Shown here: positions 1 through 13,800 of the stretch, one piece after another
Layout of the letters: each line of letters starts with the position of its first letter
Numbering within the stretch: the first letter of the stretch is position 1
From: Camelus dromedarius
Lineage: Eukaryota
Assembly (NCBI RefSeq): GCF_036321535.1
Contig: NC_087436.1
Location: forward strand, 73,348,001 to 73,412,000
Reading direction: 5' to 3'
Length of the DNA stretch: 64,000 nucleotides
Made by a program: the position numbers and the translations under genes
Notes under the pieces: generated by a model
What the model saw: only the letters and a program-made list of their open reading frames with translations
What the model was told of the DNA's origin: nothing
Databases searched by the model: none

Positions 1-529
1 TGCATGCTAACTTTTCATAGCTTTTTGAAATAAACTGCATTTCCTGAGATGGTCTCTGAAACACAGAAGAGTGAAATACATCACTATTCATCACAGCACA
101 TTTACAAATGAAAACATAACAACACTCTAAATGCTTAACATCTATAAACTGAAATATTGTGCAAGACATTTAAATGATGTTTACAGAGAGACTGTACTGT
201 TATGAGCATGTTTGCTCTGTTACATGAAGAAGTGCAGGATACAAATATGCATGACACTATGATCAAAATTGAGCATATTTTTTAAAGCTTAGAGAAGAGA
301 TTGTGAGAAATAGACTAAAATGTTCACAGGGTTGTCTTTGGGTGATATAATCCAAGGACACTGTTTCTCTCTATTCTTCTTTCTACTTTTCTATATTTTC
401 TATCATGAACATGTGTCACTCATATGAAACAAAAATAATCTTATTTTAAGAAAAACTATCATCTGCATAGTACTCTCACCACAAAACAAGGAGGCATTTT
501 TACCAATTTTTATACAATTAAAAAAATAT

Positions 530-628
530 TTTTTCCTTTCTTTTCTTTTTAATGGATGTACTGGGGATTAAACCCAGGATTTCATGCATGCTAAGCATGT
601 GCTCTACCACTGAGCTATACCCTCCCCC
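530..628 (-). mobile_element. tRNA-derived SINE (camelid Vic-1-like)
   Basis: Minus strand reads GGGGAGGGTATAGCTCAGTGGTAGAGC (A box)...CCTGGGTTTAATCCCCAG (B box), then an A-rich tail. Confidence 0.85.
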
Positions 629-1176
629 TTATTTTTATATATTTTAAAGCAATAGTTTACAAAATGAAAATATCAAGTCACAATTGTTATTTACATTATC
701 AAACTGATGAGGGGAGTTTTCTCCTTACAGCCATGTCAGGCTAATAAATAAAAGATAAATAAATAATCTTCAACCCTAATACAGTAATAGATATAAGACA
801 ATATTCACTAATGGCTGCCAGGCATTATGTGCCTTCTAATGGAAAAACACAACATAACCTACAAGTATTCTTGAAAAATTTAAATCTGCCCAAGCTTCTA
901 GATCAAGTAAAACAGATTAAATAGATTAAATAAAACATATTAAAGTTAATTTTATTTTTACTTTTTTAATTAGAATTTAAAATCCATATGTAGATTGTAT
1001 TATATTTTTATGACAATACTGGTATTATTGATATTATTCAGATTCTGATTTAAACATAAAAGTTGATATATATAGGGAGATATATATAGGAAGAGAGATA
1101 TAGATATAATTGTTCATTTTTTCATGGCTTTAGGTGTGATAATAGCATTGTGGTTATGTATTTTAAATAGTCTTAT

Positions 1177-2980
1177 ACATGGAAAACTATAAACCATTGA
1201 TAAAGGAAATTAAAGAAGACTTAAAAAACTGGAAAGATAACCCATGCTCCTGAATTGGAAGAATCAATATTGTTAAAATGGTCACACTGCCCAAGGCAAT
1301 CTACAGATTTAATGCAATCCCTATCAAATGACCCAGGACATATTTCACAGAACTAGGACAAATCATAATAAAATTTATATGGAACCACAAAAGACCTAGA
1401 ACTGCCAAAGCATTACTGAAGAAAAAGAAAGAGGCTGGAGGAATAACTCTCCCAGACTTCAGACAATACTATAGAGCTACAGTAATCAAAACAGCATGCT
1501 ATTGGTACAAGAACAGGCATATGGGCCAATGGAACAGAATAGAGAGCTCAAAAATGAACCCACAAACTTTTGGTCAACTAATCTTCGACACAGGAGGCAA
1601 GAATATACAATGGAATAAAGACAGTCTCTTCAGCAAATGGTGTTGGGAAAACTGGACAGCAGCATGTAAATCAATGAAGCTAGAACACTCCCTTACACCA
1701 TACACAAAAATAAACTCAAAATGGATCAAAGACTTAAACATAAGACAAGATACAATAAACCTCCTAGAAGAAAATATAGGTAAAACATTATCTCACATAC
1801 ATCTCAAAAATGTTCTCCCAGGGCAGTCTACCCAAGCAACAGAAATAAAAGCAAGAAGAAACAAATGGGACCTAATGAAACTTACAAGCTTCTGCACAGC
1901 AAAGGAAACCACTAAGTAAAACAAAACGACAACCTACAGAATGGGAGAAAATTTTTGCAAATGAAACCGACAAAGGCTTGATCTCCAGAATATATAAGCA
2001 GCGCATACGACTTAATAAGAAAAAAACAAACAACCCAATCCAAAAATGGGCAGAAGACCTAAACAAGCAATTCTCCAAGAAATACAAATGATCAATAAGC
2101 ACATGAAAAAATGCTCAATATCACTAATTATCAGAGAAATGCAAATCAAAACTATGATGAGGTATCACCTCACACCAGTCAGAATGGTCATCATTCAAAA
2201 GTCCACAAATGACAAATGCTGGAGAGGCTCTGAAGAAAAGGGAATCCTCCTACACTGCAGGTGGGAATGCAGTTTGGTGCAGCCACTGTGGAAAACAGTA
2301 TGGAGATTCTTCAAAAGACTAGGAATAGACTTACTATACGACCCAGTAATCCCGCTCCTGGGCATATAGCCAGAAGGAACCCCACTTCAAAAAGACACCT
2401 CCACCCCAATGTTCATAGCAGCACAATAGCCAAGACATGGAAACAGCCTAAATGTCCATCAACAGATGACTGGATAAAGAAGTGGTGGTATATTTATACA
2501 ATGGAATACTATTCAGCCATAAAAATGACAACATAACGCCATTTGCAGCAACATGGATGTCCCTGGAGAATGTCATTCTAAGTGAAGCCAGAAAGAGAAA
2601 GAAAAATACTATATGAGATCATTCATATGTGGAATCTTAAAAAAAAAAAAAAAAGAAATACATAAATACAAAACAGAAACAGACTCATAGACATAGAATA
2701 CAAACTTGTGGTTGCCAAGGGGGAGGAGGGTAGGAAGGGACGGATTGGGATTTCAAAATCTGTAGATACTGACAGGCATATGCAGAATAGATAAACAAGA
2801 TTACATTGTATATAGCACAGGGAAATATATACAAGATCTTGTAGTAGCTCATAGTGAAAAAGAATGTGACAATGAACATATGTATGTTCATGTATAACTG
2901 AAAAAATGTGCTCTACACTGGAATTTGACACATTGTAAAAGTACTATAACTCAATAAAAATGTTAAAATAAATAAATGAA
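1177..2980 (+). mobile_element. 5'-truncated LINE-1 (3' part of ORF2 plus 3' UTR), relatively young but disabled
   Basis: ORF fragments 1521..1919, 2046..2369 and 2261..2536 are typical of the L1 ORF2 C-terminus ([39 protein letters not shown]). There are stops and frameshifts between them and an A-rich tail at about 2953-2985. Degenerate TSD taaatagtcttat / taaatactctat. Confidence 0.95.
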
Positions 2981-3419
2981 TAAATACTCTATCTTTTAGA
3001 GCTATACTGAAATATGTAGGAATAATATTATGACTGAGACTTGCTTCAAAGTAATGTGATAGGGGAAAGCATATAAAGGTATAAATAAAAACAGTTGGCC
3101 ATGAGTTGATCATGTCAAAACTGCACAGTGAATATGGGGTTCACTGTATTAGTTGCTCCACTTTTGTGTGTCTAACATTTTCCATGATAAAAAGTTAGAA
3201 GGAAAGTGGATGAGGCTACAACTGGGCTTACTATTAGAACAAGATAGTAAGTAGTCTGCCATATCACAGAGCCCTGACAGACTCCCTTATTACCTACCCC
3301 ATCCAACTCCATCCTTCATCTATGCTCAAACTCCTCTACACTGTTTAGCTTTTATTTTGGAAGTTCAGCCTTGATTTAACTCTCTTATCCCAGACCCTCT
3401 GGCTAATCTTAACTTCTTA

Positions 3420-3955
3420 TTTCAGTTACTATTGCTGGGTAACAAATCACCCCAAAACTTGGTGGATTAAAACAACAACAATCATTTTCTTATTATCACT
3501 CATGGTTCTTAGGATTGACTAGGTTGAACTGGGCTGCTCTCACCCAGTCTGTCACATAGTTACAATCAGAAGGTGGTACTGATTGAGACCAGAACCATCA
3601 GAAGGCCTCCTCACTCCTAAGTCTGGCAACCCATGCTGGTTGTTGGTGGGGATGTCAGCTGAGGCTGTCAGCCAGAACATCCACTTATGCGTTCTCCATG
3701 TGACCAGGCTTCCTCATTGCATAGTGGTGAGGTTCCAAGAGCTAGTCTCCCCATAATATCCCAGGTTGCAAGTCTACCACCTTTATAACCTAGTTTAGAA
3801 AACATAACTTCAACCATAGTCACTGGCCGCACACATTCAAGGGGAGGAAGGCAGGTCCCATGTCCTGATGAAAGGAGTGTCAATGTCACACCGGAAGATG
3901 GGCATGTGCAAGGAAGATCTTGTTGCAGCCATCTTAGAAAACTCCATCTGCTATA
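3420..3955 (-). mobile_element. MaLR LTR (MLT1-type)
   Basis: Characteristic cagttactattgctgggtaacaaatcaccccaaaactt...aaaacaac end and gcagccatctt motif. Confidence 0.7.
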
Positions 3956-4799
3956 CTTTGGGTCCCCCTTGGTATGCACATTTGTTTCTCTGGCTCTGAT
4001 CAGTTCCCAATTATCAGCAAGCCAAACAGCACTTTTCTGCCTAGAACTATCATCCATCTGCCCCTGCTCAGCTTGCAGATTCCCCTTGGCACCAAAATTT
4101 GCCTCATTCCAGCATTCGTGCTGTCTGCTCCCAGACTGCTGCCTCTACCCCTTAATGCTCATCATTCTTCCTCCATCCCCTCTTGCCCATTCCAAAATGT
4201 ATAAGGACGTAACATTAGCAGATAACATTGTCCTTGACAATACTCTACCTTTACAAACCTAGCCCAAGGAATACAAACAGGCAGATATGAAATATGGTAG
4301 TGACAGAAATACTTAATTAAATTTTAAAACTGTTCAAAGACTGTGCATCACTGATGTTGATTTATGTCATTATTATATAATGGACAATAAAAGTCCTCAC
4401 TGTCAGTATCCAGGGAAAGCTCTTACTTTTCAGTACCAGGTAGGGAAAAAAAAAATCATTCTGCACAAAAGATTCCTGTCACCAGAAACATTGTGGCACC
4501 CTCTGCTGTCAGGAAACAAAGTTTAAGGTACTCTGGGTTTATTTTTTCTGCAGGATTCTCCAGCATCCTTGTCCATAGGCTATCAATCATCTTATCCAGA
4601 TGTAAAAGCATAAATCAGAGAGGGGAGGAAATTTATAGGGCTTAATTCCAGCAAGACAGTAAAGGTAAAGAATGAAAATCCAATCAGTATGTGTAGCTGA
4701 ATGGTAACAAATAGAAAAGGAAAAAGGGAGCCAAGCAGAGAATCTCAGGATGCAGCAGATGTAGCTATCTGCATCTCAACCATTTACATAAGTAGAGTC

Positions 4800-4945
4800 A
4801 ATCTCCACAAATAACCCATGAAACACAGAATGGTTAGGTAAGTTGCCCAGGGTGACACAGCAAGTAAATGGCAGGGCCAGGATGCAAATCCCAGCAATTT
4901 GTCTCCAGAGCCCATGTCCTTCACCACTCTGCTCTACTGCCTAAG
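4800..4945 (-). mobile_element. MIR SINE fragment
   Basis: Core motif ggttaggtaagttgcccagggtgacacagcaagtaaatggcagggccaggat. Confidence 0.65.
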
Positions 4946-7900
4946 AAATAATTATGACTATTAATTGGGAGCGGGGTTACTTCTTTAAATGTATGAAGAG
5001 TTATTATTAGGTATCATTGCTCTTACCTAAAAGAAAACTGATTGCCAGGAAAACTACTTGCCCTGTGCTAAGCAGAAAAATTAGGAAGTAATCCAATTCT
5101 CCCATCCACAATAAAACTATTCTGAGGTTTAAAAGATCCTTTCCCTTCTAAATTTAGGAACAACTTTGTTCTTTTGAGAATTCAAAATGTATTACAAGGA
5201 CACCAAAAGTAATCTTTCATCACCACCTCACTAAAATCCATCAGCTGCTTTTACAGAGAGTAACTCTCTCTCTAAGAAGTTTGAGGCCTGTACAGCCAGA
5301 CCAATTCATCCACCAACCAGCCAGTCAGCTGAGCAGAGCCACTCAGGATGTTCCAAATCTGAAGCCTGGTTCACTTGCTGGAGAGGGGAAAAAAAAAAAC
5401 TGTTCCTCATGAAGGACAGAGGAACTGGTTCCTGTCCTCAATAGAAAAAATGAGTCTAACAGGTCTTGGGCAGGGTAAGGAGGATGTCCAAGGGGTTGGA
5501 GAGCACTGGGATGCAGGCTGAATGGAAAAGACCCACATTCCCAGTATGGAACTAGGAGAACCTCATGGTTTAGGGAGGCCTTCCAGGCAGAGAAAAAAGC
5601 AAAGCCCAATCCACTGCAGGCCATTTGTCCCTGGGCAGACTTCCAAACCCTCCTCAACCAGAGCCTAGGTAATTATGGTAAGGCTAGACTGTTTCAGTCA
5701 CTGGACACACTGGCACAGTTCAATGGGAGCACACACTGGAGATCACTGAATGCTGCAAATGGGAAGAGTGTGTCTACTGAGGGCCCAGTCATGCACAGGC
5801 ACTATCATTAGTGCTTTAGAATTTATTTAAACCTCACAACACAAAACCCATCTATGTAAGAGGATGAGCAGCAAAGGCTGAAATTACAACAGCTTCCACA
5901 GAGGTGACAGGAATGTTTCCCACACTTAGCTCATTCTGAATTCTGACTCTAGAAAAAGAGGATATGCAAGATGGCGAAAAGGACAAAAAGTGAAAATGGG
6001 ACAAAATAGTTGAAAGCATGTAAGTGATTAAGGGAAGTTTTGACTCGTTTGAATATCATGTTGTTTGCCCCTGAGGGGAAAACAAAGTGCAACCAGCCTG
6101 ACGCTTTGATCCAGATCAGAGGTTTACAAGAGAAGATGCTCGGCAACAAAATCTGGACAAGAACAATCCTTAATGAACTGCGGAACGTCAGGCATTACAC
6201 CAGGGACTCTGTGTATCACAGATCAGAGTGGGCCTGTTAGTTGACATTCATAGGAGTTTAAGTTTCACTTATTCTAAAATAGAGAACACGTAAGTTACAG
6301 GTTTACAAACCTCCCAAAGACCGTATTTTTGTGGTCCCTGCGTGGCAGAACCAAGCCGAAAAGCTGTCCTGGAGAAGCTGTTTTTGAAAGGCTGGACTTA
6401 CTGAGCCACTTGACTCAGTTAGAAATCAGCAAAAGCACCCCCGCAGCACCACCAGTCACACACTCACCTTTCCTAGGCCAGGAACAACTTGAGGTTATTT
6501 ACTGTCTCACTCATTTTTTTAATGGCCCCAGTCTAGATATTGTGCCTGGCACATAACTGGTGCAAAATAAATGTTTGTTAAATGGGACAAACGGACAGAT
6601 GAACTTATTGACCAGATTCCAGCATGACTTGATTCCTGTCTTCTAGTCTGAGAAACATATAACCCCATCACATTTCAGTCAGTATCTTCTAGGACTAAAC
6701 ACTTTTCAGGGTCTTCTTAAGGAATTTTTGCACATACATGTACACACACACACACACATTTCTATCAAAGTTTTATATACAGTAACACTTGGGAACAAGT
6801 TTTTTTTTTTTGTTTTTTTTTTTAACTTCACCAGAAATTCAACAAATTCTTATGACAAGGTATTTTAAGAGATGAGAAGCTCCACCACTGCCCTCAAAAC
6901 GTAACAGGCTCTTTCTCACCCCCAACCCCACTGGGTTAGTGTGCGGCCACAGCCCACCTGGCTTACCTCCACCTGGGCGTGCGCTGCAGTTCTTGCCAGC
7001 ATGTGGCCTCCACGAGTCAACTGCTAGAGGGCTTTCAGGGGCTTTGGTTGTATCCTCACCCCACCCAACTTTGTCCATGAGAAGCTTTACATACTTTTTC
7101 ATATACAATGCGGAGACAACAAGGGGAAAGGCAAAAATTGAACAATCATAAAAGTAAATGCCAGGTCTTTTTAAGACTCAAAGTGCTCTAGTTTAGAAGA
7201 GGGAGAGGTTACAAAAGAGTTTGGGATGTTAATTAGCATTCATGGAAAAGGTCAACTTTGAGCTGGACTAGGAAGAAGAGGCAGCTTTGGGCCCAGGTCT
7301 TCTTTATTCTTTGACAACTACATTTTTCTGAGAACAATCATTCCATGAGGGAACCATGTGTGCAAAGGCAAAGACCAAAAATTCAAAGGAGGTGTGTTTA
7401 AGAAACGTATGTAAACGAATAAAGAAAAATAACACTGAAAGATAAAATTGGAAAAACATTGTAAAGTCTTCAAAGTGAGGAATCTGGTCTAAATCAAAAA
7501 CACAGTAGGAAACATGTACATTATTTTGACCAAAATTATAACAAGTTTAATCTTAGGAATAGTGATCTGGCAGGATGGATATGAGGGGAGAAAAAACTGA
7601 AACCAGATGGAAGATAACCAGGTTGGCACTAAACTACTACAGGAACAAAAAGGGATGTGTAAGAACAAACAAAAAAAGCAGACCTGCCCAAAGGTGGCAT
7701 ATAATCCAAAGGAGGCATATAATCCAAAGGGATAAGCACAAGGGAAAAATCCACATGAAGATGACAGTAAGAAACAAGTCCACCTAGTAAAAAATAAATT
7801 CAGAGAACTAATGCCAAAAGCAAAAACTGTAAGAGAACTACAGCAGAGATGATTATTTAAAGAAATGGCATAGACTTTTGAACATCCACATTTCAAATTA

Positions 7901-8877
7901 ATTCATTTTCAAATTGACTTATTTACTACTGAACACCTATTAAGTATTAAACACTTATAAGTGATGTTGACTCCTTACTACTGACATCCATTTTGATTCA
8001 TGACCAAAAATTTCTTAAAATATGTATACAATATGAAAATAGGTTTTAGTGAAAAAATTCAGTTTAAAATCTATGACACCATGAACATACTACTTCTTCA
8101 AATATGAGCTGAGAAGACTCTAGAAAACTACATGAGATAAAAAACAAACTTGACACACATTCCGTTAAAGATAAAAGGAGCCAACAAGCTTCTGTGCATC
8201 AAGAAATTCATACACATACTGAGTCACTAGTTTTTAAAATAAGTACACTGCACATAAAATTCTGTGGCAGGGCAATCTGACTTATTTCAGGGACACACAA
8301 TTCTACCATACCATCGTACCCAAAATCAGACTAAGTGTTTAACATTCCTTGCAAGCTTTTTCAAAGTCTCTATGAACAAGTAAAGAAATGAAGTTATCTG
8401 TTAAAATGTTAACAGTAGTTATGTCTGGAAGATGAGATTATGAGTTTTTCACCTTCTCTTCCTATTTCCTACAATATATTTTTGAATCAGAAAAAGTCAA
8501 AAAAAAAATAAGATTTTTTCCATTTTAGGTATTACATACTAAATGCTAAGGAGCTTCTGACTGTGAATGAGAATTGCTGAAGGATTTTAAGCACTGAATT
8601 GACACATCATTGACAAATCCCTGAAGAAATCCTTGGTACTACAGACTTCAAGGGCATCTGAAAACCGCTTCAACCACATGACTGGACATCATATACAGCG
8701 ATTACATACTAACTCTGCATTATGTTGGATAAATTTTGATCCTGAGTTGAAGGCATAAGTAACCAAATTTTGAATTAAAAGACATCTAAAAATCGAAGGT
8801 CTATCAGATCATGAGTTCCTCCAGGATATATGACTTAGCTATCAAGGGTAGTTTAGCAAAATGGAAGATGGAGTCAA

Positions 8878-9100
8878 AGGCAGCATGGTATAGTGGGTTT
8901 GGGGTCACACACCTGAATCTTTGAGTCCTAGTTCCAAAGATGAGTACCTGTCACTTACTCAAGCATGTCACTTAACCTCTAGACCTCAGCTTTCTCATTG
9001 AATAAAATGAAGATAACACCTCCCTACAGAATTATGATTAATGCTAATGTGTAAGCCTGGCAGACAGTAGATGCTCAAAACAGAGCTCTGTTACTATTAT
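8878..9100 (+). mobile_element. MIR SINE
   Basis: ggcagcatggtatagtgg start; cacttaacctctagacctcagctttctcat core. Confidence 0.65.
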
Positions 9101-9844
9101 ATACTCACTCCTACTCAAAGATTCAATGATTCTATGGTTAAACGCAACAATATGATTTAAATTATTTAGCAGGAGGAGATAACAGACAAGTAATACAACT
9201 TGAAAACTAGTCTTTCCTTATCTGTATACTGACTGCTAATACCTAGCAAGATACCCCACTCCTTCCCCAAACCAAGATCAGCACTAGTGCTCTACCCAGG
9301 CCAAGGAAATGGACAAAAGGAGAGAACACAGAGCAGAACACGGAAGACAGGAAGGCAGGATAGAATAAAGAAGACCTGGGCCCAAAGCTGGAAATCAATA
9401 CTGCTGCCTGTATCCAAGTAAAGAGATTTCAACAAATGAAATAAATGTAACAGAAATGTTTCTAGTTATAAGGCTATCTTCCTTATTCACAGATTTAACT
9501 AGCTCAAAGTTAGAAATATAATTGGTGTTTAAAATATACTTGTCAATTGACCCATATACATTTTACTTCCTAACCTAACGCTTTTTATAAACAAGCTAAG
9601 TTGGATACTAGGACACTATTATAAAACAAGTACAGGATCATCAAACATTTTTGTGTACCATGTTCCTGAATTAAGAAGTGTATTAATTCTATCACAAGTC
9701 CCCCCAAAAAGTTACATTCCATGCCACTTCTACTCATCCATACCTACTTCTGAGCATTTAGGAAAGAAAGAATCCACACCTCATTTACAACAAAGACAAC
9801 CACCGTATACATAAAGAAAAACAAGGAAAAAGCTAGTTAAGTAT

Positions 9845-9975
9845 GAAGAACACTAGAATGTAACACTACAAGGGCAGGTATTTGTCTATATTGTTCACTG
9901 TTGCCTCTAAAGCATCCTGAACTATATCCAGCACATAACAGTTGCTCACTAAATATTTGCTGACTGAATGAATAC
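9845..9975 (+). mobile_element. L2 3' end
   Basis: tagaatgtaa...agggcagg...gcacataacagttgctcactaaatatttgctgactgaatgaat terminus. Confidence 0.7.
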
Positions 9976-10207
9976 ACTATCCTTCGAAAAATAATTTGGA
10001 GCAACCAAAACAAAATTATTTTCAATTCTGATGGTTTTCTTAAGGCTTAGAAGAGTTCTATTATTTTACATTTTTCCCAATTACTCTTATGGAAGAATAC
10101 CTGAAAAGAAAGGATTTCTTTCATATTGTAAGACTATATTGCTCTAACTAAGCCAAAAAGAGATAACTTTGGAAAAATTTTTCTATAAAACACTGTTTCA
10201 ATATAAT

Positions 10208-10213
10208 TTTATT
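10208..10213 (-). terminator. Candidate RCHY1 polyadenylation signal AATAAA
   Basis: TTTATT on the plus strand about 520 nt past the stop, followed on the minus strand by U/GU-rich sequence. Confidence 0.5.
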
Positions 10214-10734
10214 AGCAGTTATTAACATCAGAATTCACATTTACAGGTTCCAAAGGACTGCCTTAGAAAATTCTAAAGTATATGTAATTAGATTTTAACA
10301 GTAAGGTAGAACATATTCTCATTACAGCACAGCCCTTAAGAAGTCAAGAATAATACTGAGAATTAAGTACAGTTCTATCAAGAACTAGAAACGAATTCTG
10401 TGTGCATAGTGTCACTTAAAGTTCCATGGAAGTATAATATATGTCTATGGATGTGAATTTCAGTGGCAAACATCACTGACTTCCAAACAACCGACACCAA
10501 AGGAATTCCCAATCAAAACACAAGCACAGAGGCTTTCAATTAATATAGAGCTATGATAATCCTATAAAGAGACCCTGAATCCTTAAGTCTTGTAATATGA
10601 GTTTATGCTGTGACACTAGTACAAAACACATCAACACTAATGCATAGATTCTGACACATTATGACAACAGGATACTAAAGATAGCCTTTTTCTGTATCAG
10701 AAAATGCTGAGTTTTCCAGTGTAGTGTAGGCTGG

Positions 10735-10863
10735 TCATTGCTGATCTAGTGAAATTCTATATCCTCCAGCCTGAGCAGTATTGTAGGATTCACAAATATT
10801 ACATTTCATGCCTAATATATGGAACTGGACTGTAGATCTTCCATTGCAATCATTGCAAAGAAT
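10735..10863 (-). CDS. RCHY1: RCHY1 last coding exon ([42 protein letters not shown])
   Basis: Acceptor tttcag|ATT; TGA at 10737-10735; 129 nt. Confidence 0.97.
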   Translation of the reverse strand: MLCNDCNGRSTVQFHILGMKCNICESYNTAQAGGYRISLDQQ

Positions 10864-13800
10864 CTGAAAAGAGATGAATTCAAATTAAGTGTATTAAACC
10901 TTATAAAGTGGCACTGTCTGCTCAAAATAATTTCTTAAAAATCACACTGAAGATGTGAAAACACACATTTAAAAGTCTAAATATTTCCATAAATAGATAT
11001 ATCTTTTATTCGTTCACTGAAAACTCTAAGAGGCTATTAAGGTAGCTTTGAATTTAGAAAATGAAAACGTAAATTTGAGCCAAGAAGTCTTATTTTAAAA
11101 TAGTTCCCAAATATTATAAATAGTACCAGCACAAAAATTAACATAGGCATAATCAGATCAACACCTATACAAATTACATATGATTTCATTATTTTTCATT
11201 GACACTGAGAAAATTATCTTAATTAATAAAACAAATTTTTACATATAGTATTTTTGCTCACTCTTTAATATACTAAATTCCTAATCTTCCATGCCTCAAG
11301 AATGAATTACAGTCCAAAAGAGTATTTTCTAAAGTTGAACAGACAAGCTTTTAGCTCATCCCTAAAATAACAAGATGCCATGTAGGAATTAATCTCTTCT
11401 AGTACTGAGATCCCCAAAAATAAAAAAGGTATTAACCTGAACGTATTTATAGGTTACCAGGATAAGAGGGTGGGAGGGGTAAATTCAGAAGTTTGAGATT
11501 TACCAATGTTAGTCACCATATAGAAAAATAGATTTTTTTTTTCAAAGTTACTTTTGTATAGCACAGGGAACTATCTTCAATATCTTGTAATAACCTTTAA
11601 TGGAAAAATGAATATATGTATGTATATGCATAACTGGGATATTGTGCTGTACACCAGAGAAAGACACATTGTAATTGACTGTTATTAGAATAAAAAAAAA
11701 AAAAAAACCTAAAATAGATCAATACATTACTATGTAAGAAAAGCACTAGCTTTAGAATAGTCACACCGTAATAAGTAGAAAATGTCCAAATTTGCTATAA
11801 ATTATAATTTGGAAAATAATTCTTTTAAGAATATGATCTAAATGCAGAAAGTAGACTGGTCATTGCCTAGAACTAGGGGATTGAGGAATGGCTGCTAATG
11901 GGTACAGGGTTTCCTTCTGGGGTGAAAAAATATTCTAAAATTAATGGTGGTTATGTTGCAAAACTCCAGTATACTAAAAAGCACTGAATTGTACATTTTA
12001 AATGGATGAGTCATATGGTATGTGAATTATATCTCAATAAAAGCTGTCTTTTAAAAAATGATCTAAAGAGGACTTGGCACTCTACAGCCTCCAGTAAAAC
12101 ATCACATGATTATCAGTTAGTACTACAAAAGCCATCTTTCATTGACTCTACCAACAATTCAATTATCCACATGACTTACGAAATGCTCCAGTGTGAATGA
12201 AACAAAAAATAATTTTTATTTGGCTTTGTTAAGTGGTTTTTACCCTTTTGTGTAAAAGTGTTTCAACTAAAGGTGTTTTGAAAATTCATATGTCCAAAAA
12301 TTATTAAAGCACCAGACAGCTATCTACTTTTCAATTCTAATCTATAATTCAATCACTAGGCTGAGACTAAACAACAGCACATTTCAGTTAATGGAGAAAA
12401 GATGATCATTCTCCATAAGGCAAATGGCAAAGAAATACTTCTATGTTAGGTTGCAGACTAAGACCAGGTTTTAAAAGTCTTAGAATAAAAAGGACAATAA
12501 ACATTAAAAACCAAAATTAACCTTCAAAAACAAAATCCACAAACATGTTTGCCTGAAATAAAATTTTAAATAATTAAAATTAAAACATAATTAAAATAAA
12601 ATATCAGATCAGTAATCCACCTCTACTCAGTTACATTACTGACTCTGCTAAGTAATGTGTAAATAATTTAGAATAAAGTTTTGCCTGCCATCTAGTGTTG
12701 GGAAGAATTGCCACAAAGGTATTCTTTGATTTTTCTTTTTCGTCTTTTAAGTTCACAGTTAACTAAAATTTAAAGATTATTTTGTCCTTCCAGTAATCAC
12801 CACATTGGCATCTATGCCAAAACAGTATTTTTCAGACAGACTTGAGCAAAGGGGCAAAAATAAACATGAACAGCAACAAGGAACCTGAATAGTTTTAAGC
12901 ACTGATTCTACTCACATCCACAGTCATGTTCTGATACTCTGATGGCATAGGAGTCTGTGCTACCTCATCATCCAGCTGCCTCCAGTACCTAGTCATATCT
13001 AAAGCAGAGTGCATACATAATGGACACCTGTAGCCTCTAGAAAAGACAGAAGAGTTATTTTCCAAACATTAAATGGAGAGTATATCAACTCAGGCAAACA
13101 AGAAGACACATGCTAACTGGTACACAAACCATCCAAGACAGGGCATTATTCTATATTTTAAGATAATCCATTACAAACCTGGGAACTTTATACTATAAAA
13201 GTTTTCTATTAAATCCTGATCATAAGGTACTTTTTAAAATCTACCTTTTTTCCCTCAGTTCTCTAAAATAGAGAGAAATTATTCTATGCTCTTTGTAGAA
13301 TACACTCAATATATTTTAAAAACCAATTAAACTGCTTTTTAGCTAAACAACCTTAATTTCTTAATATATTCAGTCAAAGAAGAGACTGCATTCCTTAAAA
13401 CTTAATTCAGATCATATTATTTCCTTTCTAGCTTTTTTGCTCCTTTGTTTTTTTTTAATTAGAGGTACCAGAGATTGAACCCAGAATCTCATGCATGCTA
13501 AGCACGTGCTCTACCACTCAGCTATACCCACCCCCTATATTACTTCCTTTCTAAAACTTCAGAAAAAGTTTCCTTTTATCAGGCTCTTAAATAAAATTAA
13601 AATTTCTGCTCATTAATTTGCAGGAGCAAAACACATTTACACAGTCTCTTTCCTATTTGCATCTCATTTTACCATCCCTTCCCCACGATAAAGTCAGCAT
13701 TAACTAAATCTTGTTATCAGATTTTTTTGCACATCATTATACTTGGCCAACATAACTCAGAATTTTGCACAACATGCCTCAGCATCTTTACTTTTTACAA

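Noticed and set aside
552..628. tRNA gene-like A and B boxes (also at 13460, 46585 and 60980)
   Set aside because: A-rich tails, TSDs and degenerate stems show that these are SINEs, not tRNA genes.
1521..2536. ORFs of 91-132 aa resembling a polymerase-associated protein
   Set aside because: Frameshifted pieces of L1 ORF2 in a 5'-truncated element, not a host gene or an active retroelement.
5950..6480. Unique sequence with several CpGs and TCF, forkhead and AP-1-like words downstream of RCHY1
   Set aside because: Could be an enhancer, but the motifs are short and scattered; insufficient support from sequence alone.
7688..7730. 18-bp tandem repeat (ccaaaggNggcatataat, about 2.4 copies); similar 14-bp duplication at about 31399-31426
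   Set aside because: Simple slippage duplications with no spacers, so not CRISPR-like, and no evidence of function.
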